From Bacteroidota bacterium (GTDB taxonomy: Bacteria; Bacteroidota; Bacteroidia; Flavobacteriales; Flavobacteriaceae): a stretch of DNA of 64,000 bases. The stretch covers positions 20,571-84,570 of the forward strand of contig JBCDBE010000002.1 of NCBI GenBank assembly GCA_039184365.1, given 5' to 3'. The position numbers and the translations under genes were made by a program. Shown here piece after piece: positions 46,824-57,210 of the stretch. Below the pieces are notes generated by a model, which saw nothing but the letters and a program-made list of their open reading frames with translations, was not told where the DNA came from and made no database searches. How positions within the stretch are numbered: the stretch's first letter is position 1; each line of letters begins with the position of its first letter.

Positions 46824-48059
46824 TTAAGTTTTCTTGGTAAGTTTAATGACGGATATTTCTGGCCAAATACCGACCCGGCCCGGAAAACCAGTATATCCAA
46901 AGCCCCTATTTACGTTGATATATTGCATTTGTTCCTTGTACAGCCCTGCCCAATACTTGTAATAAAATCTATTAAATGGGCTCCACTTTACAAGACCGGG
47001 GATTTCAACACCAAACTGATAGCCATGGGTATGCCCACTCAAGGTCAGATGAAAATGTAAAGGATGTTCAATAAGCACCCGCTCCCAATGAGAAGGATCA
47101 TGGGTCAGCATAATTTTAAACGCCTTGGGGTCAACACTTTTTAACACCTTTTCAATATTACCCTTTTGCATCCATTCTGAGGATGCGCTCCAATTCTCCG
47201 AGCCGATTAAGAGCAACTTGTCCTGATTTCTTGCAAGCTCGAAACATTCATCGCATAATACGGTAAATCCCATATCCCCCTGCAGCTTTTTAAGGTTCTC
47301 TAAATCCGCTTGCTGTTCTTCATTGGATTCCCACCGGAAATAATCACCATAATCATGATTTCCTAAAATCGAGAACTTACCGTCAGGGGCTTTAAGTTTT
47401 GAAAAAACTTCTTTCCATTCTTTTACTTCTTCAGATTTCCTATTAATAAAGTCTCCTGTAAAAATGATAATATCACTATTTAAACCGTTCATTAAATCTA
47501 TTGCATAAGCCACTTTTGAACGGTTATCAAGGCCACCAGAATGCACATCTGAAAAATGTGTTATGGTATATCCATTAAATTCCTCTGGTAAATCTTCAAA
47601 CTCAAGATCATAACGAAACACCTTAAAATTATATCTCCCTTCAAATATGCCGTACAGAAAAGCACCAAAAGGAAGTACCCCTAAGAATAAACCCAATTTA
47701 CCAACAACAGCCCTCCGTTCAGGCCAGTGCTGCAGAGTGGATTTTTGTGAAAATTGATCCCTTATATGACGATACAAATACTTTAAAATACGAACGACGT
47801 CCTCCAAAAACATAATGATGGCCAGAAGGAATACCAAAATATAGAACGCCAGAAAAACGGCAAAAGTCAATAGCTTATCCGAATCATAACGTATAGCGCC
47901 AAGATTAATCAATACTTCAAATAAAAAATAACCGAAAACCCCAAGTGTTAAAAGTAGATATCCCCTTCTGAACCATATGGAAGCAAATCCACTTTTAAGA
48001 GCCTGGTAACCATAAATGACAAAGGAAATATAGGTTATGGCTATGAATAATCGAGTCAA
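46824..48059 (-). CDS. second membrane-anchored metallophosphoesterase (tandem paralog)
   Basis: SDVH, TGDFIN, GNHD, THDP and SGHTHG motifs. TTG start. Confidence 0.92.
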   Translation of the reverse strand: MTRLFIAITYISFVIYGYQALKSGFASIWFRRGYLLLTLGVFGYFLFEVLINLGAIRYDSDKLLTFAVFLAFYILVFLLAIIMFLEDVVRILKYLYRHIRDQFSQKSTLQHWPERRAVVGKLGLFLGVLPFGAFLYGIFEGRYNFKVFRYDLEFEDLPEEFNGYTITHFSDVHSGGLDNRSKVAYAIDLMNGLNSDIIIFTGDFINRKSEEVKEWKEVFSKLKAPDGKFSILGNHDYGDYFRWESNEEQQADLENLKKLQGDMGFTVLCDECFELARNQDKLLLIGSENWSASSEWMQKGNIEKVLKSVDPKAFKIMLTHDPSHWERVLIEHPLHFHLTLSGHTHGYQFGVEIPGLVKWSPFNRFYYKYWAGLYKEQMQYINVNRGFGYTGFPGRVGIWPEISVIKLTKKT

Positions 48060-48116
48060 GGGAAAATTTTTGTAAAGCTATTTTATTTGATTGACAGCTG
48101 CGTTCCTATTTGCTTT

Positions 48117-48836
48117 TTATTTAGCAAGTTGTATTACATGTCGTATAACATCCACATTCGTTACAGCCACGTGATCTTCGGTAAGATGTTTATCCGAATT
48201 CATGGGGACTTTTTCATTCACCGAAATGCTATTCACAAATGACGTTCCCGAAAGGTGAACTGCTGTTAGTCCGGCTTCCTTAAAGTTTGCAGCATTTTCT
48301 GAATGAATCCCTCCCCCGGCCATAATTGTGATGGAAGTGGAGTTTTGCCATTTTCCAAGATTTTCAAGGCCATCCACTGCGCTTGGGCACTGTCCAGAAG
48401 TTAATATGGTGGTTACCCCCAATGCTTCCATTCGATGTAAGCAACCCTCGGGATCATCTACCCAGTCAAAAGCACGATGAAAAGTAAAATGTAAGGGCTT
48501 GGCCCGTTCAACCAACTTTCTTGTCCGCTCCCAATCCACCGTGTGATTGGAGTTAAGAGCCCCAGCAACAATGCCGTCAACACCAACTTCCTTACAGAAA
48601 TCGATATCAGCTAGCATGACCTCCAACTCGACACCGGAATACGTAAAATGACCACTTCTGGGGCGAATAAGAACATGAATTGGAATGTGCAACCTGTCCC
48701 TTACCAATTGAACAAGTCCATGGGAGGGGGTCACCCCACCAACCCCCAATTCAGAGCAGAGTTCAATTCTATCGGCCCCGGCCTCTTGCGCATTTAAGGC
48801 CGATTGCAGACCGTTGGCGCAAACTTCTACAAGCAT
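48117..48836 (-). CDS. cutC: CutC-family protein
   Basis: Start set at ATG 48836 (MLVEVCAN). GADRIELC, GGVTPS, LIRPRSG, TFHRAFD and ILTSG motifs. Confidence 0.93.
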   Translation of the reverse strand: MLVEVCANGLQSALNAQEAGADRIELCSELGVGGVTPSHGLVQLVRDRLHIPIHVLIRPRSGHFTYSGVELEVMLADIDFCKEVGVDGIVAGALNSNHTVDWERTRKLVERAKPLHFTFHRAFDWVDDPEGCLHRMEALGVTTILTSGQCPSAVDGLENLGKWQNSTSITIMAGGGIHSENAANFKEAGLTAVHLSGTSFVNSISVNEKVPMNSDKHLTEDHVAVTNVDVIRHVIQLAK

Positions 48837-48873
48837 TTGGGTATATTTAAGGACTAAAGGTAAACAACCTATC

Positions 48874-49887
48874 ATGCAACGTCGAAAATTCTTAAAAAAT
48901 TCAGGTCTTTCTGCAGCTGGAATGGTATCAGTTCCCCTACTATCCTCTTGCCAAAATGAGATAAAACCCCTAACAAATGAAAATGTAATCGTCCAGAACA
49001 AACCCATTGTTGTTTGCACATGGGATTTTAAAAATGCCTCAGCAAAAGCCTGGGAAATTTTAAATACCGGAGGCAACGCCTTGGATGCCGTGGAACAAGG
49101 TGTACGCATTGAAGAAGCTGATGTCACCAATGAAACCGTTGGAAAAGGAGGGCGACCTGACCGCGATGGCAATGTTACTTTGGATGCCTGTATCATGGAC
49201 AAGGATGGCAATTGTGGTTCCGTGGTCTATCTGCAAAATATTGCACATCCCATCTCAGTAGCCAGAAAAGTCATGGAGGAGACCCCCCACATTATTTTGG
49301 CAGGAAAAGGGGCCGAACAATTTGCCTATGAGCAAGGTTTTGAAAAGGAGGATCTACTGACGGAGAGTACCAAAAAACAATACAAAGAATGGTTAAAGAC
49401 CTCTGAATATGAAACAATCATCAACATTGAAAATCACGACACCATTGGTATGTTGGCCATGGATGAAAAAGGCAACCTTGCCGGGGCCTGCACCACCAGT
49501 GGCATGGCCTATAAAGTAGCGGGTCGTGTTGGCGACTCCCCCATTATTGGCGCCGGATTATTTATTGACAACGAGGTAGGTGGTGCCACGGCTACTGGGG
49601 TTGGTGAAGAAGTGATTCGTACCGTAGGGAGTTTTTTGATTGTGGAATTGATGCGACAGGGCAAATCGCCCCAAGAAGCCTGCGAGGAAGGCGTAAAACG
49701 CATCATGAAGAAGAATGAAGGTCGCAAGGATTTTCAAATCGGATTTTTGGCCATGAACAAACAGGGAGAAACCGGTGCGTATTGTGTTCACCCTGGATTT
49801 AGTTACCGAAGATATGATCAAAGTGGGCATGAGAATGTACACTCGAAGAGCTTTTACACAGACACCGAAGACCATGTTATTTCTTGA
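48874..49887 (+). CDS. N(4)-(beta-N-acetylglucosaminyl)-L-asparaginase (glycosylasparaginase, Ntn-hydrolase)
   Basis: Start ATG 48874 with Tat motif RRKFLK and lipobox LSSC. Autocleavage site HD/TIG, TTSG and GRVGDSP. Confidence 0.9.
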   Translation: MQRRKFLKNSGLSAAGMVSVPLLSSCQNEIKPLTNENVIVQNKPIVVCTWDFKNASAKAWEILNTGGNALDAVEQGVRIEEADVTNETVGKGGRPDRDGNVTLDACIMDKDGNCGSVVYLQNIAHPISVARKVMEETPHIILAGKGAEQFAYEQGFEKEDLLTESTKKQYKEWLKTSEYETIINIENHDTIGMLAMDEKGNLAGACTTSGMAYKVAGRVGDSPIIGAGLFIDNEVGGATATGVGEEVIRTVGSFLIVELMRQGKSPQEACEEGVKRIMKKNEGRKDFQIGFLAMNKQGETGAYCVHPGFSYRRYDQSGHENVHSKSFYTDTEDHVIS

Positions 49888-50004
49888 AATAACACTCAAA
49901 AGAAAAGAGTTGGATTACTTTTCTTGAATTTTACACCTTTTTTCTACTTTTAGAATTGACAACAACCATCATTAATCAACATCCATTAAACCATACCGCT
50001 TTCT

Positions 50005-52851
50005 ATGTCTGACCAAAAACGACTTTTCCTTTTAGACGCCTACGCCTTGATTTTTAGGGGCTATTATGCCTTTATCAAAAACCCAAGGATCAACTCCAAA
50101 GGGATGGATACCAGTGCCATTATGGGCTTTATGAATTCCCTTTTTGATGTCATTCGGAGAGAGCAACCGGACCACTTGGCGGTAGCTTTTGATAAAGGGG
50201 GAAGTGTTGAGCGCACCGAGCTTTTTGAAGACTATAAGGCCAATAGGGATGAAACCCCTGATGCCATTAGAATTGCGGTGCCCTACATTCAGGAAATTTT
50301 AAAGGCCCTGAAAATTCCCGTGGTGGAATTGGAAGGCTATGAGGCGGACGACCTCATCGGCACTTTGGCCAAACAGGCGGAAAAAGAGGGATATAAAACC
50401 TTTATGGTAACTCCTGATAAGGATTTTGGACAGTTGGTCTCCGAAAACATATTTATGTATCGCCCTGCCCGAATGGGCAACGGCATAGAGATTTGGGGGA
50501 TTCCTGAGGTACAAAAACGCTTTGGGGTGGAACGACCTGAGCAGGTCATTGACTATCTGGGAATGATGGGAGACGCGAGTGATAATATCCCAGGGTTGCC
50601 CGGTGTAGGTGATAAAACCGCCCAGAAATTCTTGGCCCAGTTTGGTTCCCTTGAAGGACTCTTGGCCAATACCGATCAACTCAAGGGAAAAATGAAGGAA
50701 AAAGTCGAAGACAATGCCGAATTGGGACGACTATCCCGAAAACTAGCGGAAATCAAGATCGACTGCGATGTCACTTTTGATGCCAAGGATTTCGAGATGT
50801 GCCCCCCTGATTCCGAAAAAGTACAAGAAATCTTTGAGGAATTGGAGTTTAGAAGGTTAAAAGAACAATTCATCAAGCTTTATTCCGGAAATACAGATGC
50901 TGGCGCTCAAGTATCCAATACGGAAACTGCAAAAAAGGTGAACCCCAATGAAGCCAAGGTGGCGGGTAGCGGTCAATTTACCTTATTTGGAGGTGACCCT
51001 TCAGAAGCTGCGGCGACCATCAAAGATATCAATAGCCGAAATACAATAACGGACGTTTCCCATTTCTATCAGTTGGTACAGGGCGAAATGGCGATGGAAT
51101 TGTTTCTTGAGAAGTTGATGCAGCAGTCTTCGGTATGCTTTGATACAGAGACCACTTCCATCAATCCCTTGGAGGCCGAACTTGTGGGTATCGCCTTTTC
51201 ATGGGCGACGGGAAAAGGGTTTTATGTTCCCTTCCCTAAAGAAAAAGAGGAAGCGCTAGCACGCATTGAAAAAATAAGGCCCTTCTTTGAGTCGGAGGAT
51301 ATTGAAAAAATCGGGCAAAACTTAAAGTACGACGTCAAGGTGATGCAAAACTATGGGGTGGAAGTCCAAGGAAAACTCTTTGATACGATGTTGGCACATT
51401 ACCTGATCAATCCTGATATGCGGCACAATATGGACGTTTTGGCCGAAACCTATCTAAACTACACCCCAGTGTCCATCACGGAACTCATTGGAAAAAAAGG
51501 GAAAAACCAATTGAGCATGCGGCAGGTACCGTTGGAAAAGCAAACGGAATATGCAGTGGAAGATGCGGACATTACCTATCAATTGGCACAACATTTTAAA
51601 CCCGAATTGGAACAGGCCAAAACCGATAGACTTTTTGAGGAAATTGAAGTTCCATTGCTTCAGGTGCTTGCCGATATGGAACGGGAAGGAATCAATCTTG
51701 ACCAAGCCTTCTTGAAAGAACTCTCGACACATCTGGAGGTGGACATCAAGGCATTGGAATCCAAAATCTATGAGCTGGCCGGTGAACAGTTCAATATTGC
51801 TTCACCAAAACAACTTGGGGACATCCTGTTTGGGAAAATGAACTTGGTGGACAAACCAAAAAAGACAAAAACAGGACAATATTCCACTTCTGAAGAGGTC
51901 CTTTCCTATCTCGCCAAAGACCATGAAATTATACAAAACGTCTTGGATTATCGCGGATTGACCAAACTTAAAAGTACCTATGTGGATGCGCTACCCAATG
52001 AAGTTCAAAAACATAGTGGCCGGGTACATACAGACTACATGCAGACCGTTGCCGCCACTGGTCGATTGAGTAGCAACAATCCCAACCTGCAGAATATTCC
52101 CATCCGCACCGAACGGGGCCGCCAGGTGCGTAAGGCCTTTATCCCAAGGGATGAAAACCACGTGCTATTGGCGGCGGATTATTCACAGATTGAGTTGCGG
52201 ATCATTGCAGCGCTGAGCGAAGAGGATACCATGATTTCCGCTTTTAAGAATGGTGAGGATATCCATGCCTCCACAGCCTCCAAAGTCTTCAATGTGCCTA
52301 TTGATGAGGTAACCAGGGAGCAGCGAAGCAATGCCAAGACCGTAAACTTCGGTATTATTTATGGGGTTTCGGCCTTTGGGTTGAGCAATCAGACCGATCT
52401 CAATAGAACCGAGGCCAAAGAACTTATCGAGACCTATTACAAAACCTATCCCAAGCTCCGCAACTATATGGGGGAACAGGTCGATTTTGCACGAGACAAT
52501 GGTTATGTACAAACCGTTTTGGGACGGCGCAGGTATTTAAAGGATATCAATGCGGGCAATCAAGTGGTGCGTGGGGCAGCGGAACGCAACGCGGTCAACG
52601 CCCCAATCCAAGGGAGTGCTGCGGATATCATTAAAATCGCGATGATCAACATCCATAAAAAACTATCGGAAGGAAACTACAAGACCAAAATGTTGTTGCA
52701 GGTGCATGACGAACTTGTTTTTGATTGCCACAAACCGGAACTGGAAGAAATGAAGCACCTTATCAAAACCGAAATGGAAAACGCCTATACCATGGCCGTG
52801 CCCTTAGATGTTGAGGTTGGGATTGGGGAAAATTGGTTGGAGGCGCATTAG
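50005..52851 (+). CDS. polA: DNA polymerase I
   Basis: 5'-3' exonuclease (LLDAYALIFR), 3'-5' exonuclease (FDTET), polymerase motifs DYSQIELR, AKTVNFGIIYG and QVHDE. Confidence 0.99.
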   Translation: MSDQKRLFLLDAYALIFRGYYAFIKNPRINSKGMDTSAIMGFMNSLFDVIRREQPDHLAVAFDKGGSVERTELFEDYKANRDETPDAIRIAVPYIQEILKALKIPVVELEGYEADDLIGTLAKQAEKEGYKTFMVTPDKDFGQLVSENIFMYRPARMGNGIEIWGIPEVQKRFGVERPEQVIDYLGMMGDASDNIPGLPGVGDKTAQKFLAQFGSLEGLLANTDQLKGKMKEKVEDNAELGRLSRKLAEIKIDCDVTFDAKDFEMCPPDSEKVQEIFEELEFRRLKEQFIKLYSGNTDAGAQVSNTETAKKVNPNEAKVAGSGQFTLFGGDPSEAAATIKDINSRNTITDVSHFYQLVQGEMAMELFLEKLMQQSSVCFDTETTSINPLEAELVGIAFSWATGKGFYVPFPKEKEEALARIEKIRPFFESEDIEKIGQNLKYDVKVMQNYGVEVQGKLFDTMLAHYLINPDMRHNMDVLAETYLNYTPVSITELIGKKGKNQLSMRQVPLEKQTEYAVEDADITYQLAQHFKPELEQAKTDRLFEEIEVPLLQVLADMEREGINLDQAFLKELSTHLEVDIKALESKIYELAGEQFNIASPKQLGDILFGKMNLVDKPKKTKTGQYSTSEEVLSYLAKDHEIIQNVLDYRGLTKLKSTYVDALPNEVQKHSGRVHTDYMQTVAATGRLSSNNPNLQNIPIRTERGRQVRKAFIPRDENHVLLAADYSQIELRIIAALSEEDTMISAFKNGEDIHASTASKVFNVPIDEVTREQRSNAKTVNFGIIYGVSAFGLSNQTDLNRTEAKELIETYYKTYPKLRNYMGEQVDFARDNGYVQTVLGRRRYLKDINAGNQVVRGAAERNAVNAPIQGSAADIIKIAMINIHKKLSEGNYKTKMLLQVHDELVFDCHKPELEEMKHLIKTEMENAYTMAVPLDVEVGIGENWLEAH

Positions 52852-52858
52852 AAAAGAT

Positions 52859-53497
52859 ATGATGAAAAGAATTGGAATACGCTTACTACTCGTTATAATT
52901 ATGGTTGCCTCGTGCAAACAGGTAAAAAAGGAATCGAGCACGGACATAGATACCGATGTGAAAGAACTTTTTGAATTGATGCAAGGTTCGTTTAATTCTG
53001 AGAAGCAATCGCTTGCCGACTCCACCTATTATAATATTTCCCTACATATGTATCCCATTTGGAAGGAAAAAGGCAATTGGCTGTATGTGGAACAGGCCAT
53101 GAATTCCATGCAGGACAAACCCTATAGACAGCGTGTGTATGAGGTAAAACGCAATGAAAAAGGACAATTGGCCAGTTATGTCTATACCCTGCCCAATGAT
53201 TCGCTGTGGATCGCAAAATGGAAAACTCCAAAAGCATTCGATAATCTATCCAAAGAAAACCTGGAATTACGGAAAGGTTGTGAAGTGCTACTGACCAAAA
53301 AATCGGACAGCGCTTTTGTTGGAAAGACTCGAGATGGTACCTGCGAGAGCACCCTCAGGGGAGCGAGCTACGCCATGTCAAAAGTAGAAATTACGTCCAA
53401 GGGCATCACATCTTGGGACCAGGGATTTGATTCCGAAGGACAACAGGTTTGGGGTGCCACAGAAGGGGGATATGTTTTTGATAAAATCAACAATTAA
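52859..53497 (+). CDS. CpcT/CpeT chromophore-lyase-family lipoprotein
   Basis: Start ATG 52859, lipobox VASC, and LYVEQA, KPYRQRVY, GCEV and SWDQGFDSEGQQVWG motifs. Confidence 0.85.
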   Translation: MMKRIGIRLLLVIIMVASCKQVKKESSTDIDTDVKELFELMQGSFNSEKQSLADSTYYNISLHMYPIWKEKGNWLYVEQAMNSMQDKPYRQRVYEVKRNEKGQLASYVYTLPNDSLWIAKWKTPKAFDNLSKENLELRKGCEVLLTKKSDSAFVGKTRDGTCESTLRGASYAMSKVEITSKGITSWDQGFDSEGQQVWGATEGGYVFDKINN

Positions 53498-53630
53498 TAC
53501 GCCTTCCAAAATAGGCAGGCCTATATAATCCAGGTAGCTAGCGTCAAAAATGGGCTAGCAGCACACTAATTTTAACCAATTACACAAAAAATCCATGTAT
53601 TTACTTCATATACTGTAACTTACCATCTAT

Positions 53631-54560
53631 ATGAAAACACTTGGAGAAACGATTCCCGTCTTACTTTTGGTATTTTTATGGTCTTCTTGGGCCATAGCCC
53701 AAACCAGTGAAGTGTCAATAGACCAAAGCAAGCATGAAGGTTTAGTGGCATTGAACTCAGGGAGCTCCATTAAGGTCTTGTATAGTCAAGGATACCAAGC
53801 CGAAGCCAAAAAAAAAGCGGTCCTAATTTCTGATGCCTATGAATTTCTTTCCGCTATCATGGGGCCTAAAAAAGACTTTTATGTATTGGTAGTCGCACAG
53901 GAAGATTGGTCCAAAAACGCCTATATGCCCATACCGGGATTACCGGAGTACTACAAAGGGAACATTATTGTAGGTGCAGGACAAAACGCCATGGCGGATG
54001 ACTATGCGCAAATGATAGGCAGTTTTCCAAAGGAAATGACCAAAGTACTCTACCAAGTTTACCAGGATGATGCTGGTCAACTGGATATGAAATTGTTCTT
54101 CGATAAGCTGGCAATTCACGAACTGACACATAATTTTCAAGACCCCAACAATCAAAGTGGGTATTCCATAAGTAGGTGGCTAGAGGAACTACATGCCAAT
54201 ATGGGTCTATACGCTTATTACAAAAGTGAACGGCCTGAAGAGTTAAAATACATTACCACGCTGGTTGATTTTAGTGTCAACAATCCTCCTCCAAATGCCC
54301 AGTTCACCTCTCTTGAGGACTTCGATGCCAATTATTACAATATGAATCCCGGTGATTATGGCATGTACCAAATGAAGTTTACCAAGGCAGCCCAAAAAAT
54401 CGTCGATTCATTGGGGTATGAAATTCTAAAACCCTTGAACGGCTTCCTCATAAAATATGATGAATCCTATAAAGACAAAATAAGCCCGTCAGAATTAACG
54501 ATCAGGCTTGGTCAAGAGGTACACCCATTATTGGTGGAAATTATAAACAACTGGGAATAA
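53631..54560 (+). CDS. exported hypothetical protein with HExxH zincin-like motif
   Basis: Signal peptide AIA-Q, AIHELTH and downstream WLEELHAN. Confidence 0.65.
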   Translation: MKTLGETIPVLLLVFLWSSWAIAQTSEVSIDQSKHEGLVALNSGSSIKVLYSQGYQAEAKKKAVLISDAYEFLSAIMGPKKDFYVLVVAQEDWSKNAYMPIPGLPEYYKGNIIVGAGQNAMADDYAQMIGSFPKEMTKVLYQVYQDDAGQLDMKLFFDKLAIHELTHNFQDPNNQSGYSISRWLEELHANMGLYAYYKSERPEELKYITTLVDFSVNNPPPNAQFTSLEDFDANYYNMNPGDYGMYQMKFTKAAQKIVDSLGYEILKPLNGFLIKYDESYKDKISPSELTIRLGQEVHPLLVEIINNWE

Positions 54561-54583
54561 AAAGGGCACCGCAATGGGTGCCC
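54556..54583 (-). terminator. intrinsic terminator between convergent genes
   Basis: GGGCACC/GGTGCCC stem (54564-54583) with a T-tract on the minus strand. Confidence 0.7.
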
Positions 54584-54610
54584 ATAGTTATCAATCTTTC
54601 GTTTTTTTGA

Positions 54611-54769
54611 TTACCAGCCAAAAGCTAGTTTAAATCTCGATTTCCTTTCTTTCTTTGTTTGCTTTTCGATTTCTCTTTTAGCACGCTCCTCCTTTTCCGC
54701 ATGGATAAACAATTCAATGGAAAAAGGATAGGTCTGCCACATGTTTGGATAATACACTAACTTTTTCAT
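54611..54769 (-). CDS. small basic hypothetical protein (52 aa)
   Basis: MKKLVYYPNMWQTYPFSIELF... with an AT-rich leader and a downstream terminator. Confidence 0.5.
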   Translation of the reverse strand: MKKLVYYPNMWQTYPFSIELFIHAEKEERAKREIEKQTKKERKSRFKLAFGW

Positions 54770-54975
54770 GTTTACAGTTTTTTGTGTCAAATAAGTCGCA
54801 AAATTCTCCCAAACCCTACACCACCACAACAACAGAATTATCCATTTTGTGTTCTATTTTACCATAAAAATTACATTTTAGCATGTTTTTAAGATAATTT
54901 TCGCTAGAATCAATGTAGAACGACCGTTTTCGACAGATTAGCAAAGCTTTTCTATCTTTATGGAAAGGCTACTAC

Positions 54976-56691
54976 ATGAAACCGGTTTTCCTACTTGGTG
55001 GGCTGTTGTTATTATGTTCCGGGTGTAACAATCGCGAAATACAAACCCCCAAAGAAAAGGAAGAGGTACGTAAAGTTTTAAATCCGGGATTGGATTTCAA
55101 GCCCAATATTGTTTGGATCGTAGCAGAAGATATGAGTCCAAACATCCCTGCCTTTGGAGATAGTACGGTAGTTACCCCTACTTTGGATAAACTTGCTAAA
55201 GAAGGTGTCTGTTACGATAACTTTTTTAGCCCGCACCCGGTATGCTCCCCAGCTAGAGCGGCAATCATCACTGGAATGTATGCCAATAGCATTGGAGCAA
55301 GTCATATGCGCACGGGACCGTGGATGCTGGAAAATTTACCGGAACATGTCGTTAAGGGATATAAATCCCTTCCGGAGGAAAACATTCCATATGAGGCGGT
55401 GCCTCCCAAAAAGGTGAAAATGTTCACGGAATATCTAAGGGCGTCCGGTTACTACTGTACCAACAACAGTAAAGAGGACTATCAATTTATAAAAACCATG
55501 ACAGCTTGGGATAAGAGCAGTAACAGTGCCCATTGGCGAAATCGACCCAAAGACACGCCTTTTTTCTCAGTTTTCAATGTAGGGCTCACCCATGAATCGC
55601 AAATATGGTCAAAAGCTGAGGATTCCCTCTGGGTAGATGAAAATTTGGAGGTTCCCGTTCCGCCATACTTGCCAGAAACGGAAATAGGCAAAAATGATAT
55701 TCGGAGAATGTATTCCAACATTTTGGAAATGGATGCCCAAGTGGGATCCCTACTATCAGAATTGAAAAGGGATGGTCTATTGGACAGCACCATTGTGGTA
55801 TGGTACACCGATCACGGAGGGCCGTTACCCCGCCAAAAACGCCTGTTGTACGATAGTGGAACAAGAGTGCCAATGATCATTCGATTTCCAAACGGACAAT
55901 TTGCAGGGCAGCGGGATGGTAGGATGATCAGTTTTATTGATTTGGCGCCTACTACCCTATCCTTAGCAGGCATTGATAAACCAAAGCATATGCAAGGTAC
56001 TGCTTTTTTAGGTCCATTTGCCAGAAACAAAGAGCCCCAATATGTCTTTGGGGCAGCGGACCGTTTTGACGAATTTACGGATAGAATTCGTTCTGTTAGG
56101 GACAAACAATTCAAGTATATCAAGAATTATGAACCTGATAAAGCCTTGTATGCCGATGTAGCCTATCGAAAGAACATGCCCATTATGCAGGAACTACTGC
56201 GCTTAAGGAAAGATAAGCGATTGACACCGGAACAAGCTTTATGGTTTCTGCAACCAAAGGCCCGCGAAGAATTGTATGATATCACCAAAGATCCCTACGA
56301 GCTCCACAATCTTGCCCATGACCCCAACTTTCAAAAGGAGTTGGAACGTTTAAGAACAGCTTGTGAAAATTGGGTCAATGAAATCGACGATACCGGCCTA
56401 CGACCAGAAAATGAGCTAGTAGAGGCGTTTTGGCCCCAAGGGAATCAACCGCAAACAGAAAACCCCTTCTTTATCTATATCAATGGAAAACTCACCATTG
56501 ATTGCACGACGGAAGGCGCATCTTTAGGCTATCGTCTTGTAGCAGAACCCCAAAGTCAAGAAAGAAACATATGGAAAGTATATAACTCTCCTATTGATGT
56601 ACCTGCAAACTGCACAGTGGAAGCCATTGCCCATCGTTTAGGTTACAAAAGAAGCGGTATCGAAACCCTTGTTTTGGGCACGGAAAAATAA
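54976..56691 (+). CDS. formylglycine-dependent (S1) sulfatase lipoprotein
   Basis: PNIVWIVAED, CSPARAAIITG signature, TDHG and EELYDITKDPYE. Lipobox CSGC. Confidence 0.93.
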   Translation: MKPVFLLGGLLLLCSGCNNREIQTPKEKEEVRKVLNPGLDFKPNIVWIVAEDMSPNIPAFGDSTVVTPTLDKLAKEGVCYDNFFSPHPVCSPARAAIITGMYANSIGASHMRTGPWMLENLPEHVVKGYKSLPEENIPYEAVPPKKVKMFTEYLRASGYYCTNNSKEDYQFIKTMTAWDKSSNSAHWRNRPKDTPFFSVFNVGLTHESQIWSKAEDSLWVDENLEVPVPPYLPETEIGKNDIRRMYSNILEMDAQVGSLLSELKRDGLLDSTIVVWYTDHGGPLPRQKRLLYDSGTRVPMIIRFPNGQFAGQRDGRMISFIDLAPTTLSLAGIDKPKHMQGTAFLGPFARNKEPQYVFGAADRFDEFTDRIRSVRDKQFKYIKNYEPDKALYADVAYRKNMPIMQELLRLRKDKRLTPEQALWFLQPKAREELYDITKDPYELHNLAHDPNFQKELERLRTACENWVNEIDDTGLRPENELVEAFWPQGNQPQTENPFFIYINGKLTIDCTTEGASLGYRLVAEPQSQERNIWKVYNSPIDVPANCTVEAIAHRLGYKRSGIETLVLGTEK

Positions 56692-56713
56692 AGGGCTTTT
56701 AAAATACCGGAAG

Positions 56714-57160
56714 TCAAAAATTTTCATAATTATCCCCAATCTGATCCAGTACATAAAGGAAGGTTTCAAATTCGCCAATATGCAACCCTTTAACGGTCTG
56801 TTTCCTAAGACGAATAGCGTGCGGCAAGACCAAATTAATAATAGATTTCCCTTCCATGGTCAACTCCAACTTAAACCGTTTTAAATCCCCCTGGAATCGG
56901 GTCTTCTTTAACCATCCTTTTCGTTCCAAACCCGCAATTACCCTTGAAATGGTAGCACGGTTCCTAAAATTGGATTGCACAATGTCCCGTTGGGAAGCTT
57001 CAGCACCCAATTCGTGAACCTGATGAAGAATCACCCATTGTTCAATGGTCATATGGATACCCAGGGAATCAAAGGTCCTTAGATACGCATCTTGAATTTT
57101 ACGAAGCACCAAATCCAAATGGAGTCCTATTCCTTGTATTTCGTCTATCTGGCTAAGCAA
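56714..57160 (-). CDS. MarR-family regulator divergent from hppD
   Basis: TIEQWVIL, RATISRVIAGLERKGWL and DLKRFKLELT winged-helix motifs. TTG start. Confidence 0.88.
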   Translation of the reverse strand: MLSQIDEIQGIGLHLDLVLRKIQDAYLRTFDSLGIHMTIEQWVILHQVHELGAEASQRDIVQSNFRNRATISRVIAGLERKGWLKKTRFQGDLKRFKLELTMEGKSIINLVLPHAIRLRKQTVKGLHIGEFETFLYVLDQIGDNYENF

Positions 57161-57210
57161 AATTTTTCTAAAAACTGATAAGAAAATCCTTTTCGCTTTT
57201 CAAAATTACG

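Noticed and set aside
48837-49211. 364-aa ORF suggesting an N-terminally extended CutC
   Set aside because: The extension is antisense to the glycosylasparaginase gene. CutC homology starts at ATG 48836.
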